The notes under the pieces are model-generated. The model made no database searches. It was not told the DNA's origin and was given only the letters and a program-made list of their open reading frames with translations. Shown one piece after another: positions 48,228 to 57,859 of a stretch of 64,000 bases of DNA. Position numbers and translations under genes: made by a program. Source of the stretch: an uncultured Actinomycetes bacterium (lineage in GTDB: Bacteria; Actinomycetota; UBA4738; JBBDTT01); contig CAVUMN010000003.1 in the NCBI GenBank assembly GCA_963742735.1, forward strand, positions 512,001 to 576,000, in the 5' to 3' direction. Position 1 is the stretch's first letter; every line of letters begins with the position of its first letter.

Positions 48228-50410
48228 AGGCCCTCGGCGTGGACGCGCCCGTCAAGGATCTGGGCGGGGTGGCCTCGATGCCCACTCGCGGCGGCCGGGG
48301 GCGGGGCGGCCCGCCGGTGCACGAGGTGCTCTCCGAGAGCCTCGGCGTCCACACGGTCGACGACCTGCTCCATCACTATCCGCGTCGCTACGTCGATCGC
48401 TCCGCGATGGTCCCGATGCGGGACCTGAGGATCGGTCAGGAGGCCACCGTCATCGGGACGGTTCGCAAGGTCAACCGGGCCATGACCCGCCGGCGCCAGA
48501 CCATGGTGACGATCACCATCGGAGACGGCACCGGCTTCCTGGACCTGTTCTGGTTCAACCAGGCCTGGCCGGCCCAGCGGTTCAAGGAGGGCCAGGAGGT
48601 GATGGCCTCGGGGAAGCTCGGCGCGTACCGGGGCCGCCTGCGCGTGCCGAACCCCACGGTCGACATCATCAGGGGCGACGCCTCCGAGGCCGTCCACACC
48701 GGTCGCATCATCCCCATCCACCCCTCGACGGAAGGATTGTCCCCGGGGATGATCCGCCGGCTGGTGTTCGACGCGCTCAAGCGCGTGACGAGGCTGCCGG
48801 ACCCCATCCCGGACGCGCTCCGTCGGGCGGAGGACCTGGTGGCCCTCCCGGTGGCGATGCGCGGGATCCACTTCCCCGAGGACGAGACGCAGCTCCGCGC
48901 CGCGCGCGACCGCCTGAAGTTCGACGAGCTGTTCACCCTGGAGCTGGGGGTCGCGTTCCGGAAGCGCCGCGTGGCCGCCGAGACCCGCGGCGTCGAACAC
49001 GATCTGGCGGGCGCGCTGGCGAAGCGATACCTGGAAGCGCTCCCGTTCGAGCCCACCGAGGGCCAGCGGCGGGCGATCGCAGAGATCGAGGGGGACCTGG
49101 AGAGCTCCGCGCCCATGCATCGGCTCCTCCAGGGCGACGTGGGATCGGGCAAGACCGCCGTCGCCCTGCACGCCGCGATGGTGGCCATCCAGTCCGGACA
49201 CCAGGCCGCCCTCATGGCTCCCACGGAGGTGCTCGCCGCCCAGCACCTGCTGAAGGTCCGGGAGTTCCTCCGTCCCCTCGGTGCCTACGAGGTTGGGGAG
49301 GACGGTCCCGAGGGTCAGCTCGCGCTGGGGGAGGAGCGGCCCGACCGAGAGCTGACCTACGCGCTGCTGACGGCGTCGGTGACGGGGAAGGCTCGCCGGC
49401 GGGTCCTGGACGGTATCGCCTCGGGCGAGGTCGACCTGGTCGTCGGCACCCACGCGCTCGTCCAGGAGGGGGTGGCCTTCCGGGACCTCTCGCTGGCGGT
49501 GATCGACGAGCAGCATCGGTTCGGGGTCCACCAGCGCATCACGCTGAAGGAGAAGGGGGCATCCCCCGACATCCTGATCATGACGGCGACGCCGATCCCC
49601 CGGACGCTCGCGCTGACGTACTACGGCGACCTGGACGTCTCGGTCCTCGACGAGCTCCCCGCGGGCCGGCAGCCGATCGAGACGCGGGTCGTCCGTGGCG
49701 AGGCCCAGCGGGAAGCGGCCTATCGCCTGGTCCGGGAGGAGGTCGCGGCGGGCCGCCAGGCGTTCGTGGTCTGCGCGGCGATCGACGAGGGCAACCGGCT
49801 GGAGGTCAAGGCGGCCGAGGCCGAGGCGGACCGCCTGGCCACCGAGGTGTTCCCCGACCTGCGCGTCGCGCTCCTGCACGGCCGGATGCGCCCGGTCGAG
49901 AAGCAGGACCGCATGGAGGCCTTCCGAGGCGGAAACACCGACGTCCTGATCTCGACGACGGTGATCGAGGTCGGCGTGGACGTTCCGAACGCCACGGTGA
50001 TGCTGGTCGAGAACGCGGAGCGGTTCGGTCTGGCCCAGCTCCATCAGCTCCGGGGCCGTATCGGCCGCGGCGAGCACGCCAGCCACGCGGTGCTGTTCGA
50101 CGAGAGCGAGCCCGACAACGAGGTGGCTCGGGCCCGGCTCGAGGCCATGGTCCGGACCCAGGACGGGTTCGAGCTGGCCGACGTGGACCTGGACCTCCGC
50201 GGAGAGGGGACGCTGTTCGACGTCAAGCAGTCGGGGATGCCGGATCTGAAGCTGGCTCGTCTGTCACGGGACGCGGAGCTGGTGAAGCGAGCCCGCGCGC
50301 GGGCCTTCGCGCTCATCGATGAGGATCCCGAGCTGCAGGCTCACCCCGAGCTCAAGCGAGAGCTGGAGGCGCGTTTCGCGGATGCGATCGAGTGGCTGTT
50401 CCACTCGTAG
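48224..50410 (+). CDS. recG: ATP-dependent DNA helicase RecG
   Basis: QGDVGSGKT, DEQHRFG, TATPIPRTL, QLHQLRGRIGR. Confidence 0.96.
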   Translation: MKALGVDAPVKDLGGVASMPTRGGRGRGGPPVHEVLSESLGVHTVDDLLHHYPRRYVDRSAMVPMRDLRIGQEATVIGTVRKVNRAMTRRRQTMVTITIGDGTGFLDLFWFNQAWPAQRFKEGQEVMASGKLGAYRGRLRVPNPTVDIIRGDASEAVHTGRIIPIHPSTEGLSPGMIRRLVFDALKRVTRLPDPIPDALRRAEDLVALPVAMRGIHFPEDETQLRAARDRLKFDELFTLELGVAFRKRRVAAETRGVEHDLAGALAKRYLEALPFEPTEGQRRAIAEIEGDLESSAPMHRLLQGDVGSGKTAVALHAAMVAIQSGHQAALMAPTEVLAAQHLLKVREFLRPLGAYEVGEDGPEGQLALGEERPDRELTYALLTASVTGKARRRVLDGIASGEVDLVVGTHALVQEGVAFRDLSLAVIDEQHRFGVHQRITLKEKGASPDILIMTATPIPRTLALTYYGDLDVSVLDELPAGRQPIETRVVRGEAQREAAYRLVREEVAAGRQAFVVCAAIDEGNRLEVKAAEAEADRLATEVFPDLRVALLHGRMRPVEKQDRMEAFRGGNTDVLISTTVIEVGVDVPNATVMLVENAERFGLAQLHQLRGRIGRGEHASHAVLFDESEPDNEVARARLEAMVRTQDGFELADVDLDLRGEGTLFDVKQSGMPDLKLARLSRDAELVKRARARAFALIDEDPELQAHPELKRELEARFADAIEWLFHS

Positions 50411-50427
50411 GGCCGCCGGGGTTTGGT

Positions 50428-50604
50428 TCAGGCGGCGCCGCGGCCGCGCGTCGCCGTCCGGCGCTTGACCTGACGGATCCGGGCGAAGGTCGAAGGGTGG
50501 ACCGAGATCGCGGCCTCGCGCTCCAGCTCGCAGACCAGGCAGAGTCTCGAAACGCGGGGGGTGAGTTTGCCGCAGGACTCACATCCTGTGAACCAGGCCT
50601 TCAT
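50428..50604 (-). CDS. Small putative Zn-finger protein (58 aa)
   Basis: MKAWFTGCESC-x10-CLVC...VHPST; GGGAGGGAG SD before ATG at 50604. Confidence 0.55.
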   Translation of the reverse strand: MKAWFTGCESCGKLTPRVSRLCLVCELEREAAISVHPSTFARIRQVKRRTATRGRGAA

Positions 50605-50646
50605 CGGGCTCCCTCCCGAAGCGATTATCGCTCCGCTCTCCTCCGG

Positions 50647-50673
50647 TATCGGCACATTTCGCCCCTTCTTGAG
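50647..50673 (-). promoter_or_regulatory. Sigma28 (FliA/WhiG)-like promoter
   Basis: CTCAAG-N14-GCCGATA. Confidence 0.6.
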
Positions 50674-50746
50674 GTGTGTGTCCCGATATCGGTTAGAGCG
50701 CCGAACCGCGGCCGGGGATACGCGCTGGCGACCGGAAGTCGCGCGG

Positions 50747-51013
50747 TCAGGCACGGGGACGATCCGGAGGGGGCGGGGCGGAGCCCCCACTCCAGACCGA
50801 CCACGGGGCTTGTCCCGTGGCCGGTCTGAGGGGGCGCATCACCGATCGTCGTACCGGTAACGCCTTCGCTCCCGGGCGACTACGCGGCGCGCTGCAGACG
50901 CGTTCGCCTGCCCTGCGGAGCGAGAGGTCTTGCAGTCGTCGCACGTCCCCGAAACGCTCGTGGTCCGAGCGCCGCAGATACCGCATCCGGTGAACCACAT
51001 CCTCATGTGCCAC
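50747..51013 (-). CDS. Small basic hypothetical protein
   Basis: GAGGTAG before GTG at 51013; downstream of a sigma28-like motif. Confidence 0.35.
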   Translation of the reverse strand: MAHEDVVHRMRYLRRSDHERFGDVRRLQDLSLRRAGERVCSAPRSRPGAKALPVRRSVMRPLRPATGQAPWSVWSGGSAPPPPDRPRA

Positions 51014-51040
51014 CTACCTCGTGCGACTAGTTGACTAGTT

Positions 51041-51068
51041 CGTCGGTACGTTGCCCTTCCCTCTTGAG
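51041..51068 (-). promoter_or_regulatory. Weaker sigma28-like promoter
   Basis: CTCAAG-N15-ACCGACG. Confidence 0.4.
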
Positions 51069-51113
51069 GGTGATCAAGCGGATATTTGGGACGACGTCAG
51101 AATTGGTCACGAG

Positions 51114-51716
51114 ATGAAGAGGCATCCGGTGTTCGCGAGGTTCTACCGGCTCCTGGAGCGTGTCGTGGCCGACGTGGAGCGGCCGTACCGGGAGGAGACG
51201 GCGGGCGGCGCGCGGGGTCGCGTGCTGGAGGTGGGCGCCGGCACGGGGGCCAACCTCGCGCTCTACGCGGACGGGACGGACGTCGTCGCCCTCGAGCCCG
51301 ACCCGCACATGCTGCGAGAGCTGCGAACGCGCGCGGCCGGCCGCCCCGTTCGGATCCTGCGAGGCTCGGCGCAGGCCCTGCCGTTCGGCGACGGGTCGTT
51401 CGACACCGTGGTCATCTCGCTGGTGCTGTGCTCGGTTGCCGATCCAGACGGCGCCGTGCGGGAGCTCCGGCGGGTGCTGGGCCCCGGGGGCCGCCTGCGG
51501 TTCTACGAGCACGTGCGGTCCGAGGATCCCCGGCTGGCCCGGCGGCAGGACCGATGGGAGCGGGCGTGGGGATGGTTCAGCGGCGGGTGCCATCCCAACC
51601 GGGACACCCTCGCAACCCTGCGCGCCGGCGGCTTCGAGGTCACGGCTCGCGGATGGAGCATGCCCCGGGCCTGGATCGCCGCCCCCCACATCGTGGGGGA
51701 GGCCCTCTCGGGGTGA
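51114..51716 (+). CDS. Class I SAM-dependent methyltransferase
   Basis: VLEVGAGTG, LVLCSV, EHVRS, GGCHPNRD. Confidence 0.9.
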   Translation: MKRHPVFARFYRLLERVVADVERPYREETAGGARGRVLEVGAGTGANLALYADGTDVVALEPDPHMLRELRTRAAGRPVRILRGSAQALPFGDGSFDTVVISLVLCSVADPDGAVRELRRVLGPGGRLRFYEHVRSEDPRLARRQDRWERAWGWFSGGCHPNRDTLATLRAGGFEVTARGWSMPRAWIAAPHIVGEALSG

Positions 51717-52303
51717 GGGTCATCGCCGGCACGGCTCGAGGCGTGCGGCTCGCACCGGTCCCGGCCGGGACCCGGCCCGTATCCGACCGCGCCAGAGAGG
51801 GCATCTTCTCGAGCCTGGGGGATCTGGTGGTGGCCGCGAGCGTGCTCGACCTGTTCGCGGGCACGGGGGCGATGGGGATCGAGGCCCTCTCGCGGGGGGC
51901 GGATGGCGCGGTCTTCGTGGACCACGGGAACGTCGCGGTCCGCACGATCCGCGAGAACCTGGCGAGGGCCCATCTGGGCGAGGCACGGGTCCTGCGGGCG
52001 GATGTCCGCGCGGCGCTTCGCCGGGCCGATCTGGCGCCCTCGAGCGTGACGGGCTTCGATCTGGCCTTCGTGGATCCGCCCTACGCGATCGATCCGGGGG
52101 TCCTCACGGAGGTCCTGAGGTCGCTCGATGTCCATCTCGCGAAGAACGCGACGATCGTCCTGACCCGTCCCCGGAAGTCTTCCATCGATGTGATTCCGGT
52201 AGACTTTCGGGTCGCCAAAACCCTCGGGTACGGCGACACGCTCGCCCACCTGATCAGGAAGGACCGTCGTGCGCGGAAGCGCTCTGTGCCCGGGAACGTT
52301 TGA
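51713..52303 (+). CDS. rsmD: 16S rRNA m2G966 methyltransferase
   Basis: RVIAGTARG...TRPVSDRARE...LDLFAGTG...DPPY. Confidence 0.92.
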   Translation: MRVIAGTARGVRLAPVPAGTRPVSDRAREGIFSSLGDLVVAASVLDLFAGTGAMGIEALSRGADGAVFVDHGNVAVRTIRENLARAHLGEARVLRADVRAALRRADLAPSSVTGFDLAFVDPPYAIDPGVLTEVLRSLDVHLAKNATIVLTRPRKSSIDVIPVDFRVAKTLGYGDTLAHLIRKDRRARKRSVPGNV

Positions 52304-52745
52304 TCCGGTCACCAATGGACATCTGGACATCATCGAGCGCGCCAGCCGTGTCTTCGACACGCTGGTCGTCGTGGTCTCCGACAACCCCCGCAAGGACCCG
52401 TTGTTCAGCGTGGACGAGCGGCTCGCGATCCTGAAGGAGGCCGTCGCGGAGCACGCGAACGTCGAGATCGACACGTTCCAGGGGCTGCTGGTGGAGTACG
52501 CGGCGAGCCGGAACATCGGGGTCATCGTCAAGGGCCTGCGCGCGGTCTCGGACTTCGACTACGAGCTGCAGATGGCCCAGATGAACGAGCGCTTGACGGG
52601 CGTGGAGACGTTCTTCATGCACACCAACCCCAAGTGGTCCTACCTCTCCTCCTCGCTGATCAAGGAGGTCGTGCGCTACGGAGGCGACGTCTCCGGCCTC
52701 GTCCCCGATTTCGTCCGCGATCGCCTGCTGGAGAAGCTCGGCTGA
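52269..52745 (+). CDS. coaD: Pantetheine-phosphate adenylyltransferase
   Basis: CPGTFDPVTNGHLDII, KGLRAVSDFDYE, LSSS. Confidence 0.96.
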   Translation: MRGSALCPGTFDPVTNGHLDIIERASRVFDTLVVVVSDNPRKDPLFSVDERLAILKEAVAEHANVEIDTFQGLLVEYAASRNIGVIVKGLRAVSDFDYELQMAQMNERLTGVETFFMHTNPKWSYLSSSLIKEVVRYGGDVSGLVPDFVRDRLLEKLG

Positions 52746-53257
52746 TGGATCTGTCCGCGCGCATCCAGCAGCTCGAGGAGCTCGTCCGCGAGGCGAAGTC
52801 GATGCCGCTGTCCTCCTCGGCCCTGGTGAACCGCGAGGAGGTCCTCGAGCTCATCCAGGGCCTGCGTCAGACCCTCCCGGAGGAGATCAAGCAGGCCCGG
52901 TGGGTGGTCAAGGACCGCGAGGAGCTCCTGGTCAAGGCCCGGCGCGACGCGGAGTCCCTCGTCGAGCGGGCTCGCCACGAGCAATCCCGGCTGCTGGCCC
53001 ACGAGGACATCGTGATCCGGGCCGCCGAGGAGGCCGAGCGCCTCCTGGCAGACGCCCGGGAGCAGGCCCGTCAGATCCGCCTGGAGGCGGAGGACTACGT
53101 CGACGCCAAGCTCGCCCAGTTCGAGATCGCGCTCGCCAAGACCCAGGAGGACGTCGCCCGCACGCTGGCGCAGGTGGAGAAGGGCCGGGAGAAGCTCCGG
53201 GGGATGAGCGTGGCCGAGGAGGGCCTGGGCGAGGGCCAGCAGGAGGGCGCCCGATGA
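52745..53257 (+). CDS. Coiled-coil SepIVA/DivIVA-like protein
   Basis: [16 protein letters not shown]...[10 protein letters not shown]; conserved position between coaD and yceD. Confidence 0.8.
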   Translation: MDLSARIQQLEELVREAKSMPLSSSALVNREEVLELIQGLRQTLPEEIKQARWVVKDREELLVKARRDAESLVERARHEQSRLLAHEDIVIRAAEEAERLLADAREQARQIRLEAEDYVDAKLAQFEIALAKTQEDVARTLAQVEKGREKLRGMSVAEEGLGEGQQEGAR

Positions 53258-53823
53258 TCCGCCACGTCGACGTCCACGACCTGGTCGGCCGCCCGGGGAC
53301 GTTCCGGGAGGTGCGCCTGGCCGAGCCCATCGAGGGCCTGGCCATGCCCCTCGCGGAGATCCCCGCCGACGCGCCCGTGGACGTCGAGCTGCTCCTCGAG
53401 AGCGTGGTCGAGGGGATCCTGGTCTCCGGGCGGGTCGCCGGCCCGCTGAAGCTCCGCTGCGCCCGGTGCCTGACGGAGTTCGGCGGCGATCTGGGAGTCG
53501 AGGTGCGCGAGCTGTTCGCCGCCCAGCCCGACGCCGAGGCCGAGGAATACCCGCTCGAGGGCGATCACGTGAACCTCGAGCCGCTGGTTCGCGACGCGGT
53601 GGTTCCCGAGCTTCCGTTCTCGCCGCTGTGCAAGCCGGACTGTCTCGGCCTGTGCGAGCGATGCGGCGGCGATCGCAACAAGGCGGAGTGCTCCTGTCCG
53701 CCGGTGACGGACCCTCGATGGGCCGGGCTCGAGGCGCTGCTCACGAGCGACGCGTTCGGCGAGCTGGGGACCCTGGTGGGCAACGACCTGGACGACGACG
53801 AAGCCGGCCCGAACGGGCCCTGA
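53254..53823 (+). CDS. YceD/DUF177 protein
   Basis: CARCL...[11 protein letters not shown]...DPRW. Confidence 0.9.
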   Translation: MIRHVDVHDLVGRPGTFREVRLAEPIEGLAMPLAEIPADAPVDVELLLESVVEGILVSGRVAGPLKLRCARCLTEFGGDLGVEVRELFAAQPDAEAEEYPLEGDHVNLEPLVRDAVVPELPFSPLCKPDCLGLCERCGGDRNKAECSCPPVTDPRWAGLEALLTSDAFGELGTLVGNDLDDDEAGPNGP

Positions 53824-53836
53824 AGGAGGCAAGGAA

Positions 53837-54019
53837 GTGCCGGTACCGAAGCGAAAGCAGTCCCGCTCCAACACGCGGGCGCGGAAGGCGAACTGGAAGT
53901 CCGCGATCTCCGCGCCCACGTACGCGGAGTGCCCGCAGTGCCATCAGCCGAAGCGACCCCACGCCGTCTGCCAGAACTGTGGCTACTACGACGGCCGCGA
54001 GGTCCTCGAGGTCGAGTAG
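53837..54019 (+). CDS. rpmF: 50S ribosomal protein L32
   Basis: [14 protein letters not shown]...CPQC...[10 protein letters not shown]. Confidence 0.96.
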   Translation: MPVPKRKQSRSNTRARKANWKSAISAPTYAECPQCHQPKRPHAVCQNCGYYDGREVLEVE

Positions 54020-54038
54020 TCCGATCGGGAGCGAGGCG

Positions 54039-54767
54039 ATCGGAACCAACGGCGCGTCGGACACCGGCAGCTCTCTGGCCGGCCGGCTCGGGGTGGAGTT
54101 CAACGACCCCGGCCTGCTCGAGCTCGCCCTGACGCACCGTTCCTACGCGTTCGAGACGGGCGGGCTGCCCACCAACGAGCGGCTCGAGTTCCTCGGCGAT
54201 TCCGTGCTCGGGCTGGTGATCACCGATCTCACCTACCGCCGGTTCTCCGACCTCCACGAGGGCGAGCTCGCCAAGCTGCGAGCGGCGACGGTGAACATGA
54301 CGGCCCTGGCCGAGGTGGCCCGCGAGCTGGGCCTGGGGAGCCACATCCGGCTCGGGAAGGGCGAGGAGCTCTCCGGCGGCCGGGACAAGGCCAGCATCCT
54401 CGCCGACGGCCTCGAGGCCGTCCTGGGCGCGGTGTACCTGGATCGAGGCCTGGAGGTGACCACCGAGCTCATCGTCCGGCTGTTCGAGCCACGGATCGAC
54501 GCCTACGCGATGGGGGAGGGCGAGCGGGACTTCAAGACCACGCTCCAGGAGCTCGCCGCCGCCGGTGCCGGGGAGAGCCCCCGCTACGAGATCACGGAGC
54601 GAGGCCCCGACCACGCGAAGGAGTTCACCGCGGTGGTGTTCCTGGGCGCCAAGCCCTACGGACGGGGCGAGGGGCGCTCGAAGAAGGAGGCCGAGCAGCG
54701 CGCGGCCCGCGAGGCCCACGACGCCCTCACCGGAGCCGAGCGCGAGACGCTCGCCAAGGAGGGCTAG
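54039..54767 (+). CDS. rnc: Ribonuclease III (start uncertain: ATC 54039 or GTG 54093)
   Basis: [19 protein letters not shown]-terminal dsRBD (GPDHAKEF...SKKEAEQ). Confidence 0.93.
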   Translation: MGTNGASDTGSSLAGRLGVEFNDPGLLELALTHRSYAFETGGLPTNERLEFLGDSVLGLVITDLTYRRFSDLHEGELAKLRAATVNMTALAEVARELGLGSHIRLGKGEELSGGRDKASILADGLEAVLGAVYLDRGLEVTTELIVRLFEPRIDAYAMGEGERDFKTTLQELAAAGAGESPRYEITERGPDHAKEFTAVVFLGAKPYGRGEGRSKKEAEQRAAREAHDALTGAERETLAKEG

Positions 54768-55610
54768 GTGGAGCTCCCCGAGGTCGAGGTGATGCGGCGG
54801 GACCTCGAGAAGGACGTCGTGGGCCGCCGGATCAAGACCGTCGACGTGAAGACGCACCGCAACGCGATGCGGGCCATCCGCCGGCACACCAAGCGCAAGG
54901 ACTTCGTCGACCGCCTGACCGGCAAGAAGATCACCAAGATCGACCGCAAGGGCAAGTACATCCTGCTGCACCTGGAGGGTGGCGACGTCCTGGTGGTGCA
55001 CTTCGGGATGAGCGGCCAGTTCATCCGGGGGACCAAGCGCCAGGCGACCCCTCAGCACACCCACGTGGTCATGGACTTCCAGCAGGGCGGGGATCTCCGG
55101 TTCATCGACCCTCGCACGTTCGGGGAGCTGTTCGTCTCGAGCGCGGACGACCTGGGCAAGGTGAAGGAGCTCGCCCACATCGCCATCGATCCCCTGGAGG
55201 ACACGTTCACGTGGCCGCAGTTCTCCGAGGTCCTCGCGGCGAAGAAGGCGAAGCTCAAGGCCCTGCTCATGGACCAGAAGTTCATCGCCGGGCTCGGCAA
55301 CATCTACTCCGACGAGGTCCTGTGGGCCGCCGGCCTCCGTTTCGACCGCATGAGCGACACGCTGTCGTCCCAGGAGGTCCGGCGCCTGTACCGCGGCCTC
55401 CAGGAGGTCCTTCAGGACTCGATCCGTTACCGCGGAACCACCCTGGGCGACGAGGCGTACGTGGACCTGTTCGGCAAGCCGGGGGAGTTCCAGCACGAGC
55501 TCAAGGTGTACGGCCGCCGGGGCCTGCCCTGCCCCCGGTGCCGTACCCCCATCGAGGCCGTCAGCCTGTCCGGCCGCAATACCTACTACTGCCCGCAGTG
55601 CCAGAGCTGA
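54768..55610 (+). CDS. mutM: Formamidopyrimidine-DNA glycosylase with atypical N-terminus MELPEV
   Basis: RKGKY, HFGMSG, DPRTFG, GLGNIYSDE, CPRC...CPQCQ zinc finger; follows rnc. Confidence 0.9.
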   Translation: MELPEVEVMRRDLEKDVVGRRIKTVDVKTHRNAMRAIRRHTKRKDFVDRLTGKKITKIDRKGKYILLHLEGGDVLVVHFGMSGQFIRGTKRQATPQHTHVVMDFQQGGDLRFIDPRTFGELFVSSADDLGKVKELAHIAIDPLEDTFTWPQFSEVLAAKKAKLKALLMDQKFIAGLGNIYSDEVLWAAGLRFDRMSDTLSSQEVRRLYRGLQEVLQDSIRYRGTTLGDEAYVDLFGKPGEFQHELKVYGRRGLPCPRCRTPIEAVSLSGRNTYYCPQCQS

Positions 55611-55660
55611 CCCGCCGCCGGCCATCGGCGGGCCGTTCGACCCGTACGTGACCCCAACGT

Positions 55661-55690
55661 GAAAGCGGGGCCCTTTCGGGCCCCGCTTTC
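55661..55690. terminator. Perfect 13-bp hairpin between convergent genes
   Basis: GAAAGCGGGGCCC-TTTC-GGGCCCCGCTTTC. Confidence 0.8.
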
Positions 55691-55713
55691 GGGGTTCAGC
55701 CGTTCGGTTCGGG

Positions 55714-57630
55714 TTAGACCTGCGTGATCGCCAGGTCACCCAGACCAACCGTCGTCGCGTCCTCCCAGACGTAGACGACGTTGCCGTTGTTGTCGAAGAA
55801 CATCACCCGGTACCCGTCGGGGTTCGGCGGGTTGGTCCCGTTGTCCCTGATGAACATCCGGAACCGGGCGAACACCGGGTCGCTGGCCGCCTTGGTGAAG
55901 CAGCGGCCCACGACCCCGTCGAGCTGGACGACCACCTCAGGCCGGTTCAGACGACGCATCGTCTCCACCTGGAAGCGCTCGCAGCGGAACGGGAACCGAA
56001 CCGCGCCGGGCGGGTTCGGCCGCAGGTCCCAGTAGCCGAGCCGACCGGTGGGCGGCGTGGCGTCGGACACGTTGTCGAACATGTTCGCGCCGATGTGCAC
56101 GTCACCCTTGTCGTTCTTGGTCACGTGGACCTTGCCGTCACCGTCGTAGTCGGTGTGGGCGTGGCCCTGGACTCGCAGCTCGTCGCCCTCTCCCGGTCCG
56201 CCACCATCCTCTTCCCAGATGATGACGACCGAGTCCTCGCAGACGCCCGGGGGCACCGCGACCGAGCACTTCGTGGTCGTGGTGCTGACCGACGCGGTGA
56301 CGGTCTGGGTTCCCGGTGTGGTGGAGGTGAGGACGGCGTCAGCCTGGCCGTTCTCGTCGGTGGTCGCCTCCTGCGAGACGAAGTCACCCTCGCCGGTCTC
56401 GGACCAGGTGATGGGGACCCCGACGACCGGGCGGCCGGCCTCGTCGGTCACGGTCGCGGTCGTGGTGGCCTGAGTCCCAACGTCGGCGTTCTGGGTCTCG
56501 GGCTCCAGGTCGATCGCGAACGCGTGCTGCTTGCACGTGATGTCGCTCCGGGCGTGGCCCAGGATGATGTCGATCGCCGCGCCGCTGATCGGGTCCGGCA
56601 GGATCTGGATGTGCACCGCGTTCACGGTGCCCTCGGCGTGCCGGTTCTGCTTCTCACCCGGGAGCTCGGGTCCGACCTCTCCACCCTCCTGAGGAAGCTG
56701 CTCGTTCAGGACGATGTCGATGAGCGGGCTGAGCGGGATCTGGGTGTTCGGCGGCGCGATACCCGAGAAGACGATCTCGTCGTCGGTCGGGTCGTCCGGC
56801 GTGCCGTTGGTCATGGTGATGACCACCTGGCCACCGTCGAGCTCCTGGGTCGCCACGCCGTTGGCGGAGCAGCGGCTGGTGGCACGGGATCCGGCGACCT
56901 CGACGCCCAGCGTCCCACCGATCTCAACGCCCGCCACGCGCGAGGTGGACTCACTGTGGGTGGACGTGAACTCGGTCCGCGCATCCGCCAGGCCGACGAA
57001 GACCGCCGGGCTCGCGGGAACGTCCAGAACCGTTTCGCGACGGACGTCCGGGTCGCTCGGGGTGCCCTCCTCGGGGCAGGGCTCCTCGACGTACGGAACC
57101 TCGGCGATGGGGCCGATGATCGGGCTGGCCAGCGCGCCGAACGCGCCGCCGGAGCACTCAAGGGCCGGCTGGTCCTTGTTCTGCTTCGGCACCCAGACCA
57201 TCGAGACCGCGTCGCAACGAACGCCGGGTCCAGGTGGATCCGCGCACGTCGCGGGCGGGTCGAGGTACGCCGTCACGGTCGAGGGGACCGGGGGCGGACC
57301 CGTGGGGCTCGCGACGTTGGAGGTGAGGACCGCCACGGCCTGGCCGTTGGCGTCCGTCGCGTTGTCGGCCTCGACGATCTGGCCGGCACCGCTCTCGGTC
57401 CAGAAAACCGCGGCGTTGGCGATCGGCGCCCCGCCGGCGGTGCGAACCGTCGCGACGACCTCCGCTCCGGTGGTCACCACGTGTGTCTGTGTTTCGGGTA
57501 CCGCGTCGATCGTCGAACCCGCAGGCGCAGGCGTGGGGGGTGGCGGTGCCTGAGCCACCGCAACGCTCGCGCCGACGAGCACGCCGATCAGGACCACGAT
57601 TAGGCCCATCGCCGTGCGAGTCCCTCTCAT
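55714..57630 (-). CDS. Secreted protein with two Big-1 (invasin/intimin-type Ig) repeats flanking a choice-of-anchor-P-like domain
   Basis: AAGGAGG SD and signal peptide; PETQ...TD(A/E)NGQA.AVLTS x2; PPNTQI...IVLNEQ...VNAVHI...ILGHARSDITC. Confidence 0.65.
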   Translation of the reverse strand: MRGTRTAMGLIVVLIGVLVGASVAVAQAPPPPTPAPAGSTIDAVPETQTHVVTTGAEVVATVRTAGGAPIANAAVFWTESGAGQIVEADNATDANGQAVAVLTSNVASPTGPPPVPSTVTAYLDPPATCADPPGPGVRCDAVSMVWVPKQNKDQPALECSGGAFGALASPIIGPIAEVPYVEEPCPEEGTPSDPDVRRETVLDVPASPAVFVGLADARTEFTSTHSESTSRVAGVEIGGTLGVEVAGSRATSRCSANGVATQELDGGQVVITMTNGTPDDPTDDEIVFSGIAPPNTQIPLSPLIDIVLNEQLPQEGGEVGPELPGEKQNRHAEGTVNAVHIQILPDPISGAAIDIILGHARSDITCKQHAFAIDLEPETQNADVGTQATTTATVTDEAGRPVVGVPITWSETGEGDFVSQEATTDENGQADAVLTSTTPGTQTVTASVSTTTTKCSVAVPPGVCEDSVVIIWEEDGGGPGEGDELRVQGHAHTDYDGDGKVHVTKNDKGDVHIGANMFDNVSDATPPTGRLGYWDLRPNPPGAVRFPFRCERFQVETMRRLNRPEVVVQLDGVVGRCFTKAASDPVFARFRMFIRDNGTNPPNPDGYRVMFFDNNGNVVYVWEDATTVGLGDLAITQV

Positions 57631-57859
57631 GCCTGCCTCCTTCATATGGGCGCTTTAAGCCGCCGTAGTATGCACATCTTCCGTGTCGTTTACACGTATC
57701 CGCCCCGGGCAAAGGCGATCCGTGCGGTACCACTACACCAGATGAGTTCGGTCCATTTCAAACTGCTCCTGTGTTCCGAGCGGCACTTCCAGCAGAAAAT
57801 TCGTGCGAAACGGGCATCCCGGGCCTAATGGGGGGTGCCGGGGTCCGTATTCTGCGCCC

